From: Octopus sinensis
Lineage: Eukaryota
Length of the DNA: 31,114 bases
Reading direction: 5' to 3'
Assembly: GCF_006345805.1 (NCBI RefSeq)
Contig: NW_021832291.1
Location: 1 to 31,114 of the forward strand
Numbering within the stretch: the stretch's first letter is position 1; the number at the start of each line of letters is the position of its first letter. The translations under genes and the position numbers were made by a program. The notes below the pieces were generated by a model. The model was not told the DNA's origin. It saw only the letters and a list, made by a program, of their open reading frames with translations, and made no database searches. Shown here piece by piece: positions 12,252 through 22,856 of this stretch.

Positions 12252-12511
12252 TATTATTCGACATCTTGTAGTTTCAATTAACTTTCAATTGAATCCCTTG
12301 CTGCACTTTTGTGCTGGTGAAGTGTGCGCTGCATTTTATTTTAATATTACTTTTTGTTTTATTTTATTTTTTTCCCCTTTTGCGGAATATCATATTGCAT
12401 TAATATGCTTTGTTATGGCGGTTTGGTTTCAGTCTTCGGCTGTATTAAGGTTTGTATTGTGCGTTCTTCTGTTGGGTATCAGGCTTCTATGGCATATCTC
12501 TTTACTCTTTT
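12252..12511 (+). repeat. Direct repeat copy D1 (~250-260 bp)
   Basis: Aligns with 12932-13188 plus 13796-13828; about 9 mismatches in the first ~100 bp and one ~23-bp indel. Confidence 0.9.
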
Positions 12512-12705
12512 CTTTTTTACTTGTTTCAGTCATTTGACTGCGGCCATACTGGAGCACCGCCTTTAGTCGAGCAACTCAACCCCGGGACTTATTCTTTGTA
12601 AGCCCAATACTTATTCTATCGGTCTCTTTTGCCGAACGGGGACATAAACACACCAGCATCGGTTGTCAAGCAATGCTAGTGGGACAAACACAGACACACA
12701 AACAC

Positions 12706-12766
<61 letters not shown>

Positions 12767-12932
12767 TACGACGGGCTTCTTTCAGTTTCCGTCTACCACA
12801 TCCACTCACAAGGCTTTGGTCGGCCCGAGTCTATAGTGGAAGACACTTGCCCAAGGTGCCACGCAGTGGGACTGAACCCGGAACTATGTGGTTGGTAAGC
12901 AAGCTACTTACCACACAGCCACTCCTGCGCCT
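12501..12932 (-). mobile_element. tRNA-derived SINE, family C, full length
   Basis: Reverse complement of 29559-29975 at ~94% identity in the head. Head aggcgcaggagtggctgtgtggtaag...ggttcagtccc, internal (TA)/(TG) tract, (GAGTAAAA)n-like tail. Confidence 0.92.
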
Positions 12933-13828
12933 ATTATTCGACAACTTGTAGTTTCAAGTAACTTTCTATTGCATCACTTGCTGCACTTTTGTGCTGGTGA
13001 AGTTTACGCTGCATTTTATTTTATTATTATCTTTTTGCTTTACTTAATTTTTTCCCCGTTTGCGGAAATATCATATTGCATCAATATGCTTTGTTATGGC
13101 GGTTTGGCTTCAGTCTTCTGCTGTATTAGGGTTTGTATTGTGTGTTGCTTGTGCAATGCAAGTTGTGTTCTTCTGTTGGGTATCAGGCGGCGAGCTGGCA
13201 GAAACGTTAGCACGCCGGGCGAAATACGTAACCGTCTTTCGTCTGCCGCTACGTTCTGAGTTCAAATTCCGCCGAGGTCGACTTTGCCTTTCATCCTTTC
13301 GGGGTCGATAAATTAAGTACCAGTTATGCACTGGGGTCGATGTAATCGACTTAATACCTATGTCTGTCCTCGTTTGTCCCCTCTGTGTTTAGCCCCTTGT
13401 GGGTAATATAAGAAATAGGTATATCGTCTGCCGCTACGTTCTGAGTTCAAATTCCGCCGAGGTCGACTTTGCCTTTCATTCTTTCGGGGTCGATAAATTA
13501 AGTACCAGTTACTCACTGGGGTCGATGTAATCGACTTAACACCTATGTCTGTCCTTGTTTGTCCCCTCTATGTTTTGCCCCTTGTGGGTAGTAAAGAAAT
13601 AGGTATTTCGTCTGCCGTTATGTTCTGAGTTCAAATTCCGCCGAGGTCGACTTTGCCTTTCATCCTTTCGGGGTCGATAAATTAAGTACCAGTTACGCAC
13701 TAGGGTCGATGTAATCGACTTAATACCTATGTCTGTCCTTGTTTGTCCCCTCTGTGTTTAGCCCCTTGTGGGTAATAAAGAAATAGGTATCAGGCTTCTA
13801 TAGCATATGTCATGGGGTTTACTCTTTT
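12932..13828 (+). repeat. Direct repeat copy D2, interrupted by a family A SINE array
   Basis: Starts tattattcgac immediately after the SINE C head and resumes after 13795 with ttctatagcatat, as in D1. Confidence 0.9.
13186..13785 (+). mobile_element. tRNA-derived SINE, family A: one head plus three tandem 184-185-bp body units
   Basis: Units start at 13234, 13419 and 13603. TSD ggtatcaggc at 13179-13188 and 13786-13795; the empty site is visible in D1 (~12476-12485). Confidence 0.92.
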
Positions 13829-14167
13829 ACTCTTTTACTCGCTTCAGGCATGCGGTCGTGGTTATGCGGAACCATTTTATTAGGCATTAATTGTATGAGT
13901 ACATTCCTGTATGGTTTTGGAGGAATGTTGAATTGTAGGGTGCGTAAATCACTTCAATGCATTCATGGTTATCTGTCCATCGCCCTTGTTTAGTTTTGTT
14001 ATTCGTTTGGCTGCGTATTTACAGTGTTTACTCTTTAACATAACTCCGCTCCTGAACGTGTGATGAAATTTCTTTAGAAGAGCTATTGCCCAAGGCTGAC
14101 GGGACGAACTTCGCTACTATTACTTTCTTCAAAATTCACAGTTCTAGCCCTTCCAGCGTTTTCCGTG

Positions 14168-14250
14168 CTAAGCTCAACTCTATCTTTCAGCCTTTTGTGG
14201 ATGATAAAACGAGTACCTGTTCTGCACTGTGCGCCGTCATCGATGATTTT
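14168..14250 (+). mobile_element. Highly diverged SINE core fragment related to family A
   Basis: ctcaactctatctttcagccttttgtggatgataaaacgagtacctgttctgcactg resembles gtcgactttgcctttcatcctttcggggtcgataaattaagtaccagttacgcactg. Confidence 0.5.
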
Positions 14251-14685
14251 TTGTATTTGTACGTGCCTGATGTGTGTGTCACACTTACTTCAAAGAAGTG
14301 GAAAAGCGAGAGAGAGAAAGAGGAGAAGATGGAGAGAGAGGAGAAGAGAGAACGAGAGAGTGAAGGAGAAAGACAGAGTGAGACAGAAAGTGAGAGAGTG
14401 AGATTGAAAGAGAGAGAGAGAGAGAGTGAAAGAGAAAGTGGGTGGTGACAGTGTTCGTTTTGTGTTTTTAAATGTTTATCACATCGCAAGATAATTAGGT
14501 ACATAGATACATTTACAAAAATGTTAAATCAAAAGCGGGAGAAGAGGGACACAAAGGAAGTGAAAAAGAAAGAGAGAAATTGAGAGAGACAGTAGATACA
14601 TAAATCCAAAGAAAAGTTCATACATAGATACATACACACAGCAAATATTGGATATCAATTTCACTTTTCATTACCAGACAAGGAT

Positions 14686-14801
14686 AAAATTAACTCACAA
14701 GTGGCTGAGTCCTCCACAGACATGCATAACAACGTAGTTCTCAGGGAGATCCAGCCTCAAACAGAATATGACGTGGCTGGCCCTTTTCAATTACAGCTAC
14801 A
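14686..14801 (-). mobile_element. Diverged SINE family B fragment
   Basis: aaattaac..caagtggctgag..ctccacagaca...aacgtagttctcagggagat...gctggccctt..aattacag matches 30667-30782. Confidence 0.75.
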
Positions 14802-15199
14802 TATATATATAAATGTATTTGTGTGTGTGTGTGTAGTTTAGGTTAGTTAAAACATGTTTACAATAAGTACCGCGTGGTGAAAATAAACGCAATTAGCAAA
14901 CTTTCATTCATAAATCCTTTTATTATTTCGTTCTTTTACATTTAAATTTGTACATTTGTACTCTTGATTATTTACAAGCACATATGTAAAACGACGTCCT
15001 TTATTTTTTTAATCATTAAGTGCTGATATAGGAGGGACAGAGAGGGAGTGAGAAGGGATAGAAAGAGAGGGAGAGAAAAAGAGAGAGGAGTGATTGGTGA
15101 CTCAAAAGAATGTGACGTTTGTTTTGTGTTTTCAATCACAGCAAATATTGGATACCGTATCCTAAACAAAACCTGTCTAATACATTCGTATATGTTTTT

Positions 15200-17240
15200 C
15201 CGTTGAAGCACTGAATCTACAAGAATATCCTGCCCATTAAAACAACTTTTGGAGAATACCGTCATTGAAGGAATGAACTTTATTAAGAACATCAGAAACT
15301 ATAATTCAATGTGTTCATTTGCCTCATTTGGAGCCAATGTTACATCACACCCTGATCTTGGCCCATACTGTTTCCGCTTGCAAAGACAAATCTATCATCA
15401 TGTAACCAACTTACATACTGAAAACAATGAACCTAGAAGATATGCTCAACTCTATATTGGTGATTCTAAAGAAGCCTTACAAACAAGAACTGAAGTGCCT
15501 GAAAATATTAATTTCTTGCAGTCAGTAATGGAAAAGAATTCTTCAGTCATGCTGAATAATCCATGTACTGCAGCATATTTAAATATGCGCACCGTTGAAC
15601 AAAAAGAAGGGAAAAAGAGCAGCCGGAGAAGATGTTAATCGCAGGAAAATAACTATGCATTTCATATCAGGCCCAGATGACAGAAGATACAATAACCCTG
15701 TTAATAATGAAATTGAAGCTTTAGTTGTAGGTGAAGATGGTGCACCTCCATTTCATCGTGATATAATTATATATCTACGAGGTGAACAAGGACAACAGAT
15801 ATCGTATCTCTCGCAGCATTTAGATCTTATGATTTATTCAATACTATTTCCTAATAGAGAACGTGGTTGGCAAATAAGTATGCAACATGTGCAACAGAGA
15901 CAAACAAAAGTTCGCAATAAAGTCACAATGCAACAATTCTATTGCTATCGTTTAGCAATAAGGGATGAATTTAGCCCCATTCACAAATCGAGCAAGCTAC
16001 TTAATCAGTTATTTGTTGATGTTTATATTAAAGTAGAAGGTTGTCTCTATTATATCAGAGAGCATCAAAATGAATTAAGAGTTGCTATATATTCAGGGCT
16101 CATGGATCACTTGGCAAGAAATGATTATGGAAGAGATTCTGGTGTCCCTGTTATTCTTCCCTCTTCATTTACAGGCAGTCCAAGAAATATGCAACAGTCT
16201 TATCAGGATGCCATGACCATTGTTTGTAAATAAGGGAAACCTGATTTTTTAAAAATTTATACTCGCAACTCAAGAGGCTCTGATTTTACAAACAACTTGG
16301 CACCCAAAGAAATAGCTCTAAATAGGCCTGACATAGTGTCACGTGTATATAAAGCCCATCTTAATTAATTAATGACTGATATATGACCGAAATATGCCAA
16401 TCTATGTTTGGTGATCCTAGCTTCTAGTGACATTTTCGGCCTGATCTGCTTAAGAACTTCTCCATTGGTGAGCCTCGCTGTCCATGGAATCCGTAAAAGT
16501 CTTCTCCAACACCAAAGCTCGAATGCATTAATTCTCTTCTGGTCAGCTTTCTTTAGTGTCCAGGTCTCGCATCCATATGTTGCTATTGGGAAGACGATTG
16601 CATTCACCAATCTGCATTTGGTAGCGAGTCTGATGTCTCTACTTTTCCAGACCCTGCTCATGCTGAACATAGATTGGCATATTTCGGTCATATTATGCGG
16701 AGAAAATCCCTGGGGAAGGACATCATGCTCGGAATGGTCAGTGGCAAGAGAGGAAGAGGCTGACCAAGAACCCGCTGGCTTGACACCATCAAGAGTGATA
16801 CTGGAATGGACATAGCCAATCTGAAAGAAGCGGCCCAGGATAGAACTGACTGGAGGACACTGATCCAACGAGTAACCGAGAGTCGACTTCGACTGAGCGG
16901 ATAGATAGATAGATTAAAGACAGACATCACATTCTTTTTATTGAATTCCAGAATCGAGGTTTGCCACATTGGTCACATGCGAATTATGTTACGTGAACAA
17001 GATAAATCAAGGACACGGGAACAAAGTGATTGTCTTGTAACAGCTGAAATCCCCGACAAAAACGAACATCTTCTTTGTGAATTAGTCACATCTCTGATGA
17101 TTCAGGGATCTTGTAGAACACATAATCCTGGTTCTGTTTGTGTGGTAAAAGGACAATGTCAAAAGAATTTTGCTAAAGAATTTCGTGAAGAAACTACAAA
17201 AAACGTAAATGGATATCCAGCCAAGAAACGAAGAAGTTAT
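15200..17240 (+). pseudogene. Helitron Rep (HUH endonuclease, RepHel N-terminal part) pseudogene
   Basis: NIRNYNS..FASFG, GPYCFRLQRQIYH, YAQLYI, RRYNNP.NNEI, RDII, YSILFP.RERGW, QFYCYRL, VILPSSFTGSPRNMQQSYQDAM, *GKPDF, NRPDIVSRVY; after the LINE insertion IEFQNRGLPH(GH) (HUH motif), AEIPD, C..NP.S.C...G.C.K.F and GYP..RR. Contains stops and frameshifts. Confidence 0.93.
16381..16912 (+). mobile_element. 5'-truncated RTE-clade LINE with an inverted 5' segment (16381-16665 on minus; 16666-16912 on plus) and (GATA)n tail
   Basis: Minus strand: SRVWKSRDI..TKCRLVNAIVFPIATYGCETWTL...AFELWCWRRLLRIPWT..TN.EVL..RLAYFGHI. Plus strand: HRLAYFGHIMRRKSLGKDIMLGMVSGKRGRG*PRTRWLDTI...AAQDRTDWR..SRLRLSG*. 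Confidence 0.92.
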
Positions 17241-17312
17241 GACAACACTTCCAATCAGTTAAGATCAGAAGCCATGAGAGTCACTGCCTGGCACTACACC
17301 AGGACATTCTAT

Positions 17313-17318
17313 TTATTA

Positions 17319-17389
<71 letters not shown>

Positions 17390-17595
17390 ATTATTATTAT
17401 CATTATTATTATTATCATTATTATTATTATCATTATTATTATTATTATTATTATCATTATTATTACTACTACTATTATTATTATTATTACTACTACTACT
17501 ATTATTATTATTATTAATATTATTATTAATATTATTATTACTATTATTATTATTATTATTACTACTATTATTATTATTATTATTATTATTACTGC

Positions 17596-17631
<36 letters not shown>

Positions 17632-17687
17632 TATTATTATTATTATTATTACTATTATTATTATTATTACTATTATTATCATCATCA

Positions 17688-17724
<37 letters not shown>

Positions 17725-17737
17725 CATCATCATTATA

Positions 17738-17778
<41 letters not shown>

Positions 17779-17785
17779 CATTATT
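17313..17785. repeat. (ATT)n / (TAA)n array at the 3' end of the R4/Dong-like element
   Basis: About 470 bp of ATT repeats with GTT/ACT/ATC variants. Confidence 0.95.
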
Positions 17786-19414
17786 CAGTAGTTTTATTTT
17801 TATAGCGTGCTTTCACTTCACTACCGAGCGCAGCTCTGTGTGCCTTGGGTATGTGCTGTGATTTGTTGTGATGCTCTGATGGTTATTGTATGGAAAGTGC
17901 TCTGCGTAGGATGTGTGCAGTGCCTAGTAGTGCAATTTTCTGTATGATATATGTGTTTGTAAGTCCTGGTGTTTTTGTTATGTATTTGTCTGAATATTTT
18001 TTTATCATGCCTAATGCACCTACTATGATAGGAATTGTTTCTGTTTTCAGATTCCACATTCTAGTTACCTCTATTTCCAGGCCTTTGTATTTTGAGAGTT
18101 CTCCATTTCTTTTAGAGACACGTTGTCATCTGCCGGTATTGATACATCAATTAGAAAGCATTTTTTTTCTTCATGATCTCTGACAACTATATCTGGTCTG
18201 TTGGCCATAATTTCTCTATCTGTGTGTATCGGCATATCCCAGAGTATGGTTGCTTTCTCGTTTTCTGTAACCTTTTCTGGTGTGTGCCTATACCATCTTT
18301 TTTCTGTTGTTATTCCATAATGTTGGCATAGCTTCCAGTGTATGTAGGTTCCAACTCTGTCATGTCTGTGAATATATTCCTTCAGCCAGGACAGGGCAGC
18401 TAGAGATATATGATTTATTGTTTCTTGTCCATCTCCACATATTCTGCAGTTGTGTAATATTTCTTTTCATTACATGTTTTTGGTAATTTCTGGTGGGGAG
18501 GCTTTGGTCTTGTGCTGCAATTAAAAAAATCCCTCTGTTTCTGCTTTGAGTCCTGAGCTTCTCAACCATTGCTGGGATCTTTCTTTGTCTATTTCTTTTT
18601 TTGCGTTAGTTTAGTGCAGTATTTACCATGAAGGGGCTTTTCTTGCCATCGTTTTATCATGGTTCGTTGCTGTTCTATTTTTAGTTTGGATTTCATTTGT
18701 TTTATAGCTTTTGTTGTTTCTTCATCATCTTCTTCTTCTTCTTCTTCGTGTTTATTAGGTGGTATGATTTCTTGTTTGTATTTGTCAGCTTCCTTAAATA
18801 CTGAGAACAGTTTTCTGTTTTGCTCGTGTTTTGCTGCTATCTGGATCAGTTTTCCTTCCTTCTGAAGTAGGTATTTTTGCAGTCCTATGGTGGTTATTTT
18901 ATAGTAGTTTTCCAGCTGTATAAGGCCTCTACCACCTTCTATACGTTGTATATATAGTCTTTCTATGTCAGATTTTGGGTGATGCATCCTAGATCCTGTC
19001 AGTATTTTTCTTGTTTTCCTATCTATTTTGGACAGTTCATTTCGTGTCCAGTTAAGGATATTGTAGCTGTAACTTATAACTGGGACAGCTAAAGTGTTGA
19101 TACCTATTATCTTGTTTTTAGCATTGAGCTCTGTTTTTAGTATTGATCTAACTCGTCTATAATATTCTTTTTTTATTTTCTCTTTCATTTGTGTGTGTTG
19201 TGTCTTATCTAGTTCATGGATTCCTAAGTATTTGTAAGTTTGGCTTTGGTCTAATTCTTTTATTTCATTGGTTTTATCTAGTGTGATGTTGTTACTTTTA
19301 ACTAGTTTTCCTCTTTTCATGGTTACTTTGGCGCATTTTTCTAATCCAAATTTCATATCTATTTCTTTGGTAAATCCATGAACTGTCTTTAATAGTGTTT
19401 CCAGCTGTTTGTCA

Positions 19415-19415
<1 letters not shown>
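17786..19415 (-). mobile_element. 5'-truncated R4/Dong-like RLE non-LTR retrotransposon (RT C-terminus, CCHC zinc knuckle, RLE endonuclease, 3' UTR)
   Basis: Minus strand: DKQLETLLKTV..MKFGLEKCA, YKYLG, INTLAVPVISYS, HHPKSDIERLY..RIEGGRGL, W..KPLHG, FLIAAQDQSLPTRNY, CRICGDGQETINH..SSC (C-x2-C-x8-H-x4-C), WDMPIHTDREIMANRPDIVV..CFLIDVSIP, IPIIVGALG. Several frameshifts; AATAAA just before the (TAA)n tail. Confidence 0.9.
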
Positions 19416-19471
<56 letters not shown>

Positions 19472-19478
19472 TTATTAC
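19413..19478. repeat. (ATT)n array at the 5' junction of the R4/Dong-like element
   Basis: Visible directly in the sequence. Confidence 0.95.
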
Positions 19479-19799
19479 GTTAAACCTTTGTCTGCTATAC
19501 ATATGTCCTTCTCTTTAGGGTATACCGTGCATACTTCCTTTATTCTTTCCCCTTTATTTATCATTTCATTATATGTATCCCCCCCCCCCATTTTATACCT
19601 GATTGTACTGTCGCCCTCATCCTTCACAAGCATGGGAAATGAAATCATCATCATCATCATCATTACAGTTATTGTTGTTGTTGTTATTATTATTATTAGA
19701 TGAGTTATCCATATTAATGTAATTAGGTTTTCATGAGTGTTTAGTTAATAAGAGAAGATAATGAGCTAAATGAAGACGTTGAGTGTAATGATTCTGAAG

Positions 19800-20010
19800 A
19801 TGATGTTGGTGGTTGTGGAGGCTGCAGCAGTGGTGGTGGTGGTGGTGGTGGTGGTGGCAGTGGTGGTAGTGGTAGTGGTTGTAGTGAGCGTGGAGGTATG
19901 TATTGTAGTGATCGGCGTGATAGCGATCACGGTGAGAATGATGGTGGGGATGATGGAGGCTGTAATAGCAACGAGGGCGATGGTGGTTATGATGATGATG
20001 ATGACGATGG

Positions 20011-20054
<44 letters not shown>

Positions 20055-20618
20055 GTGATGATTATGATGATGATGATGATGATGATGAAGGCAGCGGCGA
20101 AGAAGAGGATAACGATGACGATGAAAAGGATGATGATGATGATGATGATGATGGTGATGCGGAACGGGTGGAAGACGAAGATAACTTTCATGATGAACAC
20201 GATGTGATGTGCACGGTGACGATGTTGATGCTGATGGTGATGGAGATGATGGTAAAGACGAAGATGGTGATCACGGCGACGATGGTGATTATAGTGATTA
20301 TGATGATGATGACGATGATGATGTTGATGATGAAGACGATGATGATGATGATGATTATAATGATGTCGGTTGTTGGTGTTACTGGTTATGACAGTGATGA
20401 GGATGATGGCGGGGTGTCGCTGTAGAAATGATGATGAAGAGGGTGATGCAGTTGATGACGATGATGATGATGATGACGATGAAGATGATGATGACGATGA
20501 AGATGATGATGACGGCGATGAAGATGATGATAATGATGATGACGATGATGATGATGATGATGATGTTGATGAAGATGATGATGACAGCGATGAAGATGAC
20601 GATGATGATGACGATGAA

Positions 20619-20650
<32 letters not shown>

Positions 20651-20790
20651 CGATGAAGATGATGACGGCGATGAAGATGACGATGATGATGACGATGAAG
20701 ATGATGATAATGATGATGATGATGATGGTGATGATGAAGATGATGATGATGGTGATGATGATGATGATGATGGTGATGATGTTGATGGTG
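19800..20790. repeat. Degenerate (GGT)n/(GAT)n array
   Basis: Visible directly; gives poly-D, poly-M, poly-S and poly-H ORFs in multiple frames. Confidence 0.92.
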
Positions 20791-21159
20791 ATACGTCAGA
20801 ATAAACAAGGGCGATGGCTTCTATAATAATGACCACCAACATGATCACCACCAACAACAATGGCGTTTGGAGTAGTATGGTCAGTCAGGTAACGAGGTGA
20901 TACCATTATAGGTCGCCATTGTCGACGCCCTTTACATATACGTTCCTGCAAAGAAAATGGCAACAGTGGTTTCAGAAATGATGCTATATCTTCACCCCCG
21001 CTCTGCCAAATACTGCCGGACATGCTTCTATACCAACCCAGTACACCAACTCCCAGAACACATCAACATTTCAGACATTCAGTCTTAAGCAATCAACTAC
21101 CTTTCACAGATGGTTTACTTCAACCGCTACAACACATTACTGTTCATATAAGTATGTAT

Positions 21160-21182
21160 GCATATACGTATCTATCTATATT

Positions 21183-21253
<71 letters not shown>

Positions 21254-21264
21254 GTGTATATATA

Positions 21265-21296
<32 letters not shown>

Positions 21297-21308
21297 CTGT
21301 ATGGGTGT

Positions 21309-21340
<32 letters not shown>

Positions 21341-21734
21341 ATATATTATATATATATATGCACACACACAGATACACAAAGACACACGCATACACACAAA
21401 TATATGTATACATGTGCATGTATGTATGTTTGTATGTGTGTATATATATAAGCCGGGTGATAATTGGCCATTTTCAAGCGACGCTGTCGGCAGCATCACT
21501 ACACCGTCTACTCGTTGTCCACTGTTGCAGGATATTGAATGTGTGATAAATAGTGGCGTATGACTGTATACATCTTTGTATACGTGTATATAAGCATGTA
21601 TACATACATACATACATACATACATACATACATACAAACACATATAAACACACACATTCAAGCGCACGATTATATATGCATACACAGATATTTATACACG
21701 AATATATGTAAACTCAAGTGTATATATACATATA

Positions 21735-21788
<54 letters not shown>

Positions 21789-22170
21789 AGTATATATAAT
21801 ATGTATGTATGTATGTGTGTGCGCGTGTGTGTGTAATTACATACTTATGAATATATGTGTGTATATAAATATATATTATATATATATATAATATATGTGT
21901 GTGTATAAATATATATATATGAATGTATATATGTAAATATGTATATATATATACATACACACACATATATGTATGTATATATATATATATATATTATGTA
22001 TATGTATACACATCTATACATATACACATTTTGACACCAATATATAAGCACACGCACACATAAAAAAGCTCTCATGCATATATTCCCACATACACACACG
22101 ATCGCTTACCGCACGCACACACACACAAACACACACACACATACACACATACACAAACACACACACACAC
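21160..22170. repeat. (TATC)n/(TA)n/(TACA)n/(CA)n block with a short complex island at ~21450-21570
   Basis: Visible directly in the sequence. Confidence 0.88.
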
Positions 22171-22621
22171 AATTTCAACTACACCAATTACGGAATCGGC
22201 GATTGCCAAACGTTGGACAAAAGTAAACACTCTATAAAATAGGTTTCCTTGACTAAATTGTCTATCACATGGACGTTGTATTCTTTTGGTATCGGCTCCG
22301 GAGGGCGACAACGTTACATTTGCCGTCATCTGTATATGAAGTTACTAATTAAATGGTCTGCACAGGACACCTCGAGGCAATGAGCGTGCCTTTGGAGAGT
22401 CACGAGATCTGCCAGACATAGCAGCTTAATCCCCCTCATATAACAACCGTACATACGCCTTGGATGTAAAGCCATGTAGATATTTTTTCAATACATTCAT
22501 ATAAGAATATATATATATATGTATGTATTGTATATATGTATATATGTATGTATGTATATCTATATATATATGCTATATATATATATTATATATATTTATG
22601 TATATGTATACACATCTATAT

Positions 22622-22665
<44 letters not shown>

Positions 22666-22670
22666 AGATA

Positions 22671-22840
22671 GATAAAGATCGCTAGTAACTAAATCTTTTC
22701 TGTTTATTTCTGCGTTCCTTTGTGTCGAAGAGCGTAGGTTCGAAACGTAAAAGACTTTCTCACTTCTCTAGCGTTAAACTAATACATCTAGTTTGTTGTT
22801 TATACACCGGTTTTCGTCTTTTTTTTTTGTAAATTCTTAC
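22671..22840 (+). mobile_element. (TA)n-bracketed cassette with degenerate minimal hammerhead core (Penelope/retrozyme-like)
   Basis: cttt-gtgtcga-a-gagc(gtag)gttc-gaaac-gta-aaag at 22718-22753. Downstream sequence resembles that of the cassette at 25363. Confidence 0.55.
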
Positions 22841-22856
22841 TATATATATTGGGTTA

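Larger units (their letters stand above)
14802..17240 (+). mobile_element. Decayed, 3'-truncated autonomous-type Helitron (Rep region only)
   Basis: Rep homology over 15200-17240. The putative 5' end (tatatatataaatgtatttgtgtgtgt at ~14802) resembles the 5' end at 27246 but is uncertain. No helicase motifs or 3' CTAG end were seen. Confidence 0.6.

Noticed and set aside
9129-13795. Regular 184-bp tandem units as a CRISPR-like array
   Set aside because: The units are full-length near-identical SINE bodies with no unique spacers, in a eukaryotic context with no cas genes.
17240-17312. 70-bp segment between the Helitron Rep and the ATT array as Helitron coding sequence
   Set aside because: Translation loses Rep similarity after GYPAKKRR; it may be the end of another retroposon but cannot be assigned.
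19766-20860. Long poly-Asp/Glu (+) and poly-Ser/His (-) ORFs resembling acidic biomineral or His-rich proteins
   Set aside because: They are open in several frames and on both strands because of (GAT)n. There is no signal peptide, convincing splice context or non-repetitive domain. Only transcript or proteomic evidence could rescue them.
20800-21150. Complex island with a ~90-codon open frame and possible splice signals
   Set aside because: No recognisable homology or motif; the splice-like dinucleotides do not give a coherent exon.
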